A DNA stretch of 64,000 bases from Batkoa obscura (lineage: Eukaryota), in NCBI GenBank assembly GCA_030770535.1, contig JASVEC010000021.1, forward strand, positions 682,001 to 746,000, read 5' to 3'. A model generated the notes under the pieces. That model searched no databases and had not been told where the DNA came from. It saw only the letters and a list, made by a program, of their open reading frames with translations. The position numbers were made by a program, and so were the translations under genes. Positions 55,790 through 64,000 of this stretch are shown in pieces (within the stretch, counting starts at the first letter, position 1; each line of letters opens with the position of its first letter).

Positions 55790-55880
55790 TTAGGTATTTC
55801 TTAAGAATTTTACTAGCAATATTTCTGCTCAAATAGCGCTTAAAAGATATAAAAAGTAATGAAGTAAAAAAAACACTTTC
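55790..55880 (+). mobile_element. Degraded MITE copy
   Basis: Internal consensus ttaagaattttactagcaat...ctcaaatagcgcttaaaagat...aatgaagtaaaaaaaacact. Confidence 0.75.
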
Positions 55881-56184
55881 GTATGTTTTATATTATTTTT
55901 ATTAATATTTAATAGATATTTAATATATAAATATACAATTATCTAACTTTATTTTTTGAAAAATTTATTTTAAAATTTGGTTATAAAAGCTCACATTTTA
56001 TTTTTATTTTAATAAAAAGTTCAATATAATAAGGAAAAGTACATTATATATACATTGTGATTTATTTACGTCAATTTTAATAACTATTTATAATAAACCA
56101 GATTTTATAAGATTTTATAATAAAACAATTTTTTTTATATTAAAGTTTACTATCAGAAATAATAGGCTTAATCAAGCAATATAT

Positions 56185-56280
56185 GAGAATGTTTTTTTAG
56201 TTTCATCATTTTATCCATTTTTTAAGAGCTATTCGAGTGGAAAGATTGTTAATAAATTATTAAACAAAAAATATATTACC
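56185..56280 (-). mobile_element. ~100-bp MITE copy (diverged)
   Basis: Reverse consensus match with ATAT flanks. Confidence 0.8.
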
Positions 56281-56326
56281 ATATAAAGTTAGTGCTTCAA
56301 AAGAAACAGGGGCTAAAACCAACAAG

Positions 56327-56893
56327 TATGGGATCTGGCACTTAGTGATTGGAGTCAAAAACAGCTATTGACTAGTTGACTATAATTTAAGCCGAAAGAT
56401 CTTAGTTTGTGTGATTAAAATAGACTTGAATTATGAAGAATAGCATATGGGGATGTATTTTTGTGTTTAAGAATTTTACTAACAAATTTTCCGCTTAAAT
56501 AGTGCTTGAAAAATGGAAAAAATAATGAAGTAAAAAAAAACACTCCCATATAGTAGGCTATGGACTATGTAAGACAAATAGAATAGACAATAGTAATGTA
56601 AAGCCTGCATAAAACACTATTGAGAAAACTTAGTGGCTTTATTAAGTGTATGAGATATCAAGGAATAATTCAGTTAAAAAGCCTCGAATTACTATACTTT
56701 AAAATCTTTGTTATGCTCTGGCAAGTACAAATATCAAAATGAGAAAATAATATTCTTTGGGATGAAGCTAGAAATTCTCATACAAAATCAAAATAAGAAC
56801 GTGGGATTGATTGTCTCCGAACCTGAGAACACAACAACTTAAATGGTTATTGTGCTATAATCAATTATGGAGCTGACAAAGGGATATTTCACA
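56327..56893 (+). mobile_element. Solo LTR copy interrupted by a MITE
   Basis: Aligns with 13035-13498 except for the insert at 56449-56547; ends GATATTTCACA. Confidence 0.85.
56449..56547 (+). mobile_element. ~100-bp MITE inserted into a solo LTR
   Basis: tagc-ATAT-[GGGG...CCC]-ATAT-agtagg, against empty sites tagc-ATGT-a in the other two LTR copies. Confidence 0.92.
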
Positions 56894-56959
56894 AACAGTA
56901 GTAAGCTATATTATTATCCAGTATCTGATAGATCAAAGAAAAGTGGTATGATTCTAATT

Positions 56960-57642
56960 AAAGTTATAGAGTCTATAGAAAATAGAAAAATCGAAAGATT
57001 AGTCCCAGCTTATCATAAAAATAATAGGAAATTTAAAAGTTCCAATATTTAATAAGCAAATAATTTATTAAATGATCAAAATAAATTATTGAATATTAAT
57101 ATTGCTTAAGTTATTATCAGCTAATTTAACAAATTGTTAAAGAGCAAATAGTTATAACAATAAGTAAAAGTTATTACTATATCCCTTGTATTACATAAAG
57201 ATAGTTAATTATAGCTTCAAGACCAACCATTCTCTCATATTGAGCTATTTATTAACTTAGTAATATATCAATAATATAATTCTAATATTAAAATAATTTG
57301 TTTATATAGTAGGAAATCTACAATGTTGGCTATAAAGCAGTCAATAATAAATATTTATCAATGAAGTTTTTATAGAAATGTATATTTATTTACATGGTAC
57401 AATTTTAATTAATATCAATATGTAGGTTATATTAGTAAAAGCCTTACTAATCTGGGAATTTCTACTAAATTTAATAAAAATTCTACTAACTTACAATACA
57501 AATTATAATAAAATAATTTAAAACTGTGTTGAGGAGTACCTTTGGTTTTTAAAGAGCTTGTTTTTGCAAAATTTTAAGCAGTTTTTGAAGCATAAAATTT
57601 CAAAAAATGGATAAAAAAATGGAACCCAATTTAGATACCCCC
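56960..57642 (-). mobile_element. Partial reverse copy of TIR element B
   Basis: Reverse complement matches 12468-~12930, including a diverged terminus (GGGGGTATCTAAATTGGGTT). The other TIR was not found. Confidence 0.7.
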
Positions 57643-59169
57643 TTATTTATATTTTATTAAGCATAATAATAAACTACTATTATAAAAAAATAAAAAATGA
57701 CATAAATAATTTTAGCTACTTTGTTTTACGTTTTATATTTTATTGTGTATTCCGCTTTTTAAGTAGCTTGAAAATTTAAATTTGGTTATTTTATAAAAAA
57801 CGAAGTTGTCAGCATTGGGTAATTTATCAATATATATAAACATTATAGCATAGCATTGTAATGACTACAAGTTAAATTTAAAGATTTAAAAGTTATATTT
57901 TCACACATTTAATCTTTATATAAACAATTAGCCGATGCTTCCGATACTTTCTTCCTGCCTTTTTTAACATTTGATATAAAAGCTAGCATATGAACAATGT
58001 ACTTTTACTATATTAAACTTTTAATTAATAGCAAAATTAATCTCATCTTTGCTTTCCCATCAATTTCCTTTATTACAACTAGCTTATAAAATATGACAGA
58101 AGTAAAGGTTATCAAGTAAAAGCTTCTAAGACCAAAGCATGCTGAAGCCAAACATAAACACTCAGTTTGAGTCTGAGTTTAAATTTTTTCTTTAACTGGT
58201 ATCTTTATTTTACACACTTCCTTTTATCTTGAGGAATAAACCAGTTGGTGCTTCGGACTCTCAAGGTACATAAAAACAATAATTTACTATAATGTTGGAT
58301 GTTCATTTTAAATACACACCTACCTGATGAAACTTCTTTACTTACAACTCAAACAGTTCTTTACATTTTTCAAAATCAAGTATACATTTTAAAGCAGAAG
58401 TGATCAACTAATATAACACAGTTTATCAATTATTCTTTATAGTTATAAAGTTAAAGCTAAAACATAAGCAAAGTTTAAATAGAACATATATATTCATTAT
58501 AAGTAAAACAAATTGGCATAGCAATATTTTTAATTGAATTTCAGGCTTAGAAAAATACCAAAACACAACTTACTTCAACTTCATCAACCTAGCATAGGGA
58601 TATTCTCAATTTCATCACGAGCATCATTCGCCTCAGTATAAGTAGCAATAAACAATAGAGATGTAGTAAGTCTGTAGTCAACTATTTCTTCAATGGTTGT
58701 TAACTTAAAATACTTAGCCTTTAATAATTGGAGATTATGAGAAAAGAATAAAAAACAAAAGAATCTATAAGTGTAATACCGAGACTTCTGATTTCAAGCT
58801 GTCTAATAAATTTACACTTTATCCAGCGATGTTTTTCGTCGTACAAATTGGCTTTATATAAACTGTGTTTATAAAGTAAGAAATTCCAAATTTCAAAAGT
58901 TAAAATTAATAATTCTAACATAAACTTAAATGGTTGATAATACAGAAATTAACTATAATGAATCAAATGACAAGCAATAAAAATGCGCTTCTTTTAATGT
59001 TGTTAAATTTAACAGTTCATTGCTGACTAATATATCTGAGTTAAAATACCCAAATATAGCTATATTACTATTCTCAAATACTTTGATATTGTATTTTCCG
59101 CAAATTTTTAATAAATGAGTATTATTATTTATTAGTTTTAAGCTATTTAATTGTCTTATATCTCTAAGG

Positions 59170-60100
59170 CAATGAAAATTAAAGCCATCATGACGACCTT
59201 TGATTTTAAACTCTAAATTGGGCGGACAATTTATGGTGGGAGGGTTTATAGGATCATTATAGCTCTAATATGAAATACACTTCCATGCTTCTAAATTTAA
59301 AATTCGCGATTTATAAAAATTTGATTTGAGAGTATATAACCCATAAACATACAAAGATCTTCCGGTATAAAATTTCAGGCATTCCAGTTTGCTTGGATTC
59401 AAAAATTCCATAGCATGTCCAATATATTAATTTTGATCATCAATAAGTTCAAATGATTCAACTTGCTTTAAATATTTAGCAAAGATTATAAACGGGGTGC
59501 CATAATAAACTATTTTTATAACTATTTTCCTTGAGCATTGGGATTATGAACGAGAATATATTGACTATTCAGATAGCTGGAAAGATGTTTGGGATAATCT
59601 CAGCAATAAAAAGAGAAATAGCAGAAGAAATGTTGAACTCCCAGAATTACTATTACCAATACTCAAAGGATCACTAGTTTAGCTATGACTGCCGTTAATA
59701 TCATCGTCTTTATTATTCTCATTGTTGATGAAAGCTGAAAACCCAGGCCCTTGTACTTAATTTATAGATATCACGTTTGGGGAATATTATATATATTTTA
59801 CCTTTTTTTCATCACATTTAAATGGTTCATCAACAATCCACTCTCTTTAATAGACTTTTTTTGATAATCGGATTGTCCTTAAGCTACATCTACGATTTCA
59901 TATTTGTGATTAAATCCATCAAACTCACATGGTATATATTCATAAAAAGCCAAATTGTGCTTGATAACATTATTCGTAATCTTAAAGATATGTTTATTTA
60001 AAAAACAAAGCTCTAGTAACTACATGAGGTCTATCAATTCAAGGATATACCCGAGTGGAGTTTCAGAAAGATACTGAAATTTCAGAGGCATTGTTAAGGT
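59170..60100 (-). pseudogene. Decayed coding relic, possibly LRR/RNI-like
   Basis: Long near-open frame with scattered stops (FAKYLKQVESFELIDDQN*YIGHAMEFLNPSKLECLKF...). The family is an inference only. Confidence 0.35.
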
Positions 60101-61567
60101 ATACAATATTATAGAAAAAGCAATTTACACTTGGATTATTAACTTTTAAGGTTGAAAAGAAAGTTAAAAATTATTTTGATATATTTCGAAATGACTTCTA
60201 ATTGGGTGGCTAATAGCCACACAAAATTGAAATTTTGTGACGTCTATAAAAATCTTTTCAAATTTAATTTCGTAAAAATAAAGCTAAGTATTATCTATAA
60301 TAAAATACATAAAAGGAGATAAATAAAAAAGCAGTTTAACTTTATATAAGTTTTCAAAAACTATATTAATTAGTTTATATAATTTACCAAGCTACAATAT
60401 ACATACTGAAGATTTTTGTTATAATGATTGTAAATTATGTAAAAGATTAAATAACCAATGCTAAAAAATAAGTTAAGATAATAAGTTGGGTAAGTTTAAT
60501 AATAGGGACATGTATATCTTTTTGTCATTGAGAGACATAAATGCATACAGTAGTTTTATAATATACAAGGGCATTGAAACAATTATGGAAGGGGTCAAAA
60601 GTCATATGGTAAGAGTAGCTATCTAAAAAAGGCTAGTGCCTTCTTTTTCTATACTGATTTTGATAGAAAATTAGATTTAGTTTAAAAAAAAAGCAAAATT
60701 ATTTTAAAGTATAAAAAATATAACCTGCCAGTAAAATTTTTTTATATATAATACATAATGTATATTTTATTTAAAAATTAGCTTAAAACTATAATTATTT
60801 TTTAATTTGACTAGTGCTCTTTTTAGTTAGAAACTATTCCCATTAATCAGAAAAATCAGTACAAAAAATAATCTTGCCCTGAGTTTGAACCCTAACATCC
60901 TTAAGATCCTTGTTTCTAATTGTACATCAATTTTGTTAGATCCCTTTTTTTGAAAAAGATTAATTTGGCAATAATGTTAATGAGCTTTGAGTAAAAAGTT
61001 TCATTCTTTTTTGTTTTATATTGACTATTATATGTAATAAGAAACATATGGACGTAAAATGTATTTTTAAAATATGTAGATAAGAAATATCTATATCACT
61101 TAGAAGAAAGTAGTAGGTTTCAAACATCAATTCAACTACACTGGAGTGAGATGAAAAATAGTTATATACACATTTTGATATAAAAAGGAAACAATAGTAA
61201 ACTTGATATAGTAAGTTATAGTCAAATTTGTCTCTAGAACATGAAAATAAATGTAGTGAAATAGTTCATGTATTAGGATCGTTTTAAAGATGCACTATAG
61301 CTCTACCAAAATTATTATATTGGTGTAATGTGATACTAAATGTTAAAGGATAACAAATGTATAAAATTATATTAATATTTCTACATAAAAGCAATAAGTT
61401 TTATTTAGTTATTTTAAGATCAAACCTACAAGTATCACGCCTTGGTACTTCTAAATTATCTATCCATCCCTTCAAAAAAAATAGAATTACAAGATACATT
61501 GATTATCAATAAAAAAGTATATAAGTAAAAAGTAATTTGAACTGAGGAAAGTAAAAAAAATACGATA

Positions 61568-62689
61568 ATGGATGAATTTGAAATTGTAAGAACAATAACA
61601 TATTACAACACGATTGTTTCAATTATTTCAGCAGCTATTTTACTTCTTTTCATATTACTAACGAGCTTACTAAAATTCAAAGCGGCAGAGAGATTAAGTT
61701 ACAAGTTGTATCTTTGGATATCTATTTCAGACATCCTATATAGTTTCTTAGCTTTACTTCACATGCAAGTTTTGATTAATGGAAAAGCCGGAAATAATGA
61801 AGCAAAAGTGCTTGCACATGATATAAACTTCTGTATTCTTGTGCCTCATATTGAGCAACTTACTAATTTATGGTTTATCTTCTTGACTACATGCTTGGCT
61901 TATAACTTACAAACCGTGTTTTTGAGAAAGAAATTGTTAAGGATTCAGAATCACTGGATTTACGCTTTTAGTACACTTGGTATTTGCATTATATGCTATA
62001 TGCCTTCGATTATCTATGGATATATAGTAAATGACTGCTACGGCTTAAAAAATTACCATCTAAGACCATGGAGCATTATTTACATGCACGCCGTATTACT
62101 TATCCCAATCATTGTTTGTTGTAGCTATTGTACTTATGTGTTTGTAAAAACATATTTAGCTCTAAGAGCCAAAAAAGCAGTTTACAATAATAGTAATGCG
62201 CAAAGCAATAGCATCAACTTAAATAAACATATGGATTTATTAGCCAAAAGATTAATGAGCTATGCTATCATCCCGTTAATAACTCAATTTCCGTTTTTTA
62301 TTATTACTGAAATATATACTGATCCTGAAATTCCAGAAACAGTAGCTGCAGTGTTTTCTAGTGATGTACTAAGTACTTCGGCTGGCTGGTTAAACTTTAT
62401 TTGTTTTATGTTTGATCCTGCTATTCCACAAATTTTGTATGAATATAACTTAAGAAAGTTGAACGGTAACATATTTCAACCTATTGGTAATAATAGTGAC
62501 AATAAGGCAGCTTTAAGTGGAGGCCATTGGCTTGCTACTTTAAAACCAGGTTCTCGAACTAAGCACTCTACTGTAGTTCCTTTAACGTCTATTATCACCA
62601 CCGCTGCTACTATTGGTGATAATGATAACATTTATTTAAATTTATCAGAGGATGATCAAAATACTGCTATTAGAATGAAACAAATGTAA
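61568..62689 (+). CDS. Seven-TM GPCR family B copy 2; intronless paralogue of 51601
   Basis: Colinear with the 51601 protein (AYNLQTVFL, RLMSYAIIPLITQFPF, AGWLNFICFMFDPAIP, TAIR.KQM). Confidence 0.85.
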   Translation: MDEFEIVRTITYYNTIVSIISAAILLLFILLTSLLKFKAAERLSYKLYLWISISDILYSFLALLHMQVLINGKAGNNEAKVLAHDINFCILVPHIEQLTNLWFIFLTTCLAYNLQTVFLRKKLLRIQNHWIYAFSTLGICIICYMPSIIYGYIVNDCYGLKNYHLRPWSIIYMHAVLLIPIIVCCSYCTYVFVKTYLALRAKKAVYNNSNAQSNSINLNKHMDLLAKRLMSYAIIPLITQFPFFIITEIYTDPEIPETVAAVFSSDVLSTSAGWLNFICFMFDPAIPQILYEYNLRKLNGNIFQPIGNNSDNKAALSGGHWLATLKPGSRTKHSTVVPLTSIITTAATIGDNDNIYLNLSEDDQNTAIRMKQM

Positions 62690-63298
62690 CAGCATCGGTA
62701 AATGTTTCGATCCAACTTGTGTTTTTTACTTTTCATTTTTTTTCTTGTAATGAAACCAAAAGCTGTAGAAATAATAAAGGAATCAATCTTAGGCTTTTCA
62801 AATTCGAAGATGGAGCGTCTTTGTGTTTCTATCTATATACTAAAGAAAATACTGAAGAGGCGAATTATAAATAGAAATGTAATTGAAGGACGGTTGTTGT
62901 TTATAAGAAGAAGTGAGCTTATTCGCTATAAACCAGATAAGTCTCTAAAAGGTTGTTTTATCCTTTTTGTTTTATAAAAATCAGTAGCGAATTTAAATAA
63001 AAATAAAAATGAATTAAGAAGCCACTCCTTCTTCGCCCTCTTTCTCTTGTTTTGAATCCTTCAAAAAAGAAATTGCTTTCCTTATTTAAATCACAACAAC
63101 ATGGTTTTCTAAAGGTTCTTCAATTGCTTTTCTCTTGCCTTCATCACCTCCTCTATTAACAAGTTGAAAAATCTATCTACGTTCGACTTTTCAGGCTAAA
63201 TTTAGCACTTTTTTTGTTTTTTAATAAAAGAACAATTTCGAAGATATTAAATTTAAAAATATATAAACCAAGGAGTTTAGCATTGACAGGTACGATAT

Positions 63299-63389
63299 GG
63301 GGGATGTTTTTTTGCTCACCACTTTTTTCATTTTTTAAAGAACTATTTGAGCGGAAAGATTGTTAGTAAAATTCTTAAAATAGGTCCCC
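63299..63389 (-). mobile_element. MITE copy with a small deletion
   Basis: ATAT-GGGGGATG...CCCC-ATAC; reverse consensus match. Confidence 0.8.
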
Positions 63390-64000
63390 ATACAATGGAT
63401 AAAATAATATGAGAATGTGACTTAAAGTAGTTATTTATTATATATAAAGGCAGGTCGAATTTATTGAGTTTATTAGTTTGATTATATTTTTGATCATAAA
63501 GGGATGTCTACGTTATTTTTACTTTATACGAAAAATTAGAGGAATAGCAAACTAAAAGAAAGTTATTAAGCTAATATACTTGATAATCATGGGAACTTAA
63601 TGGATTATAGAAATAAAAAAATAAAGTTTAAGACAGTAGAATTAAACTAATAGTCATGAATTGTTATATTTTCTTCAGACTAGTAGCTAAAAATAGCATC
63701 TTTAAGGTAACAAAAATAAAACACAATATCGCTAAATGAATGCCAACTATGTTTGAATCAAAAAAGTTGACAGATAAAAAAATAATATTTTAAAACTAGA
63801 AGTTTAAAAATAAGTTAATAAAAAAGTATTTTTTTGTAATTCAAGTGGAAGCAATTAAGCATTTAACATAATAACCTTATGTTATAACATTTATTATTTT
63901 TGTTGATATTAATAAGTATTTTTCTAAGCTACTTTACAATCATTATGACTATTTCTCACTCAGTGTCAGCGTCACTAATTAAATCTTTTAGTCTTTGGAA

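Noticed and set aside
63010..63210. Purine-rich minus-strand frame fragment (RGGDEGKRKAIEEP)
   Set aside because: Short, interrupted by stops and not assignable to any family.
568..63389. Recurring ~100-bp repeat as a CRISPR array, tRNA-derived SINE or structural RNA
   Set aside because: Dispersed, in both orientations, with TIRs and target duplications; no spacers, Pol III boxes or poly-A tail.
1..64000. Prokaryotic operon, defence system or alternative genetic code
   Set aside because: Spliceosomal introns and eukaryotic core genes occur throughout, and standard-code stops fit the spliced models.

Overview
Very AT-rich eukaryotic DNA with many short GT-AG introns, most consistent with an early-diverging fungus (Zoopagomycota/Entomophthorales-like; an inference from composition, intron style and gene families). 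Reconstructed housekeeping genes: URB1/NPA1, IRC3-like helicase, an apparently half-length SEC15, an alpha-arrestin, AP-3 mu, TFIIE alpha, SHO1, WBP1/OST48 and FAM192A/FYV6. Accessory content: an intronless bacterial-type YcnI/DUF1775 protein with an N-terminal His and a GPI-like tail; five GPCR loci in two families, including a tandem pair that is nearly identical except for intron 2 and extracellular loop 2; a frameshifted cyclin-like gene; and decayed coding relics. Intergenic DNA holds about 18 copies of a ~100-bp MITE, larger TIR elements with the same GGG...CCC ends and 4-bp A/T-rich target sites, and three solo LTRs, with reciprocal nesting. All alignments and splice models were read by eye; no searches were run.
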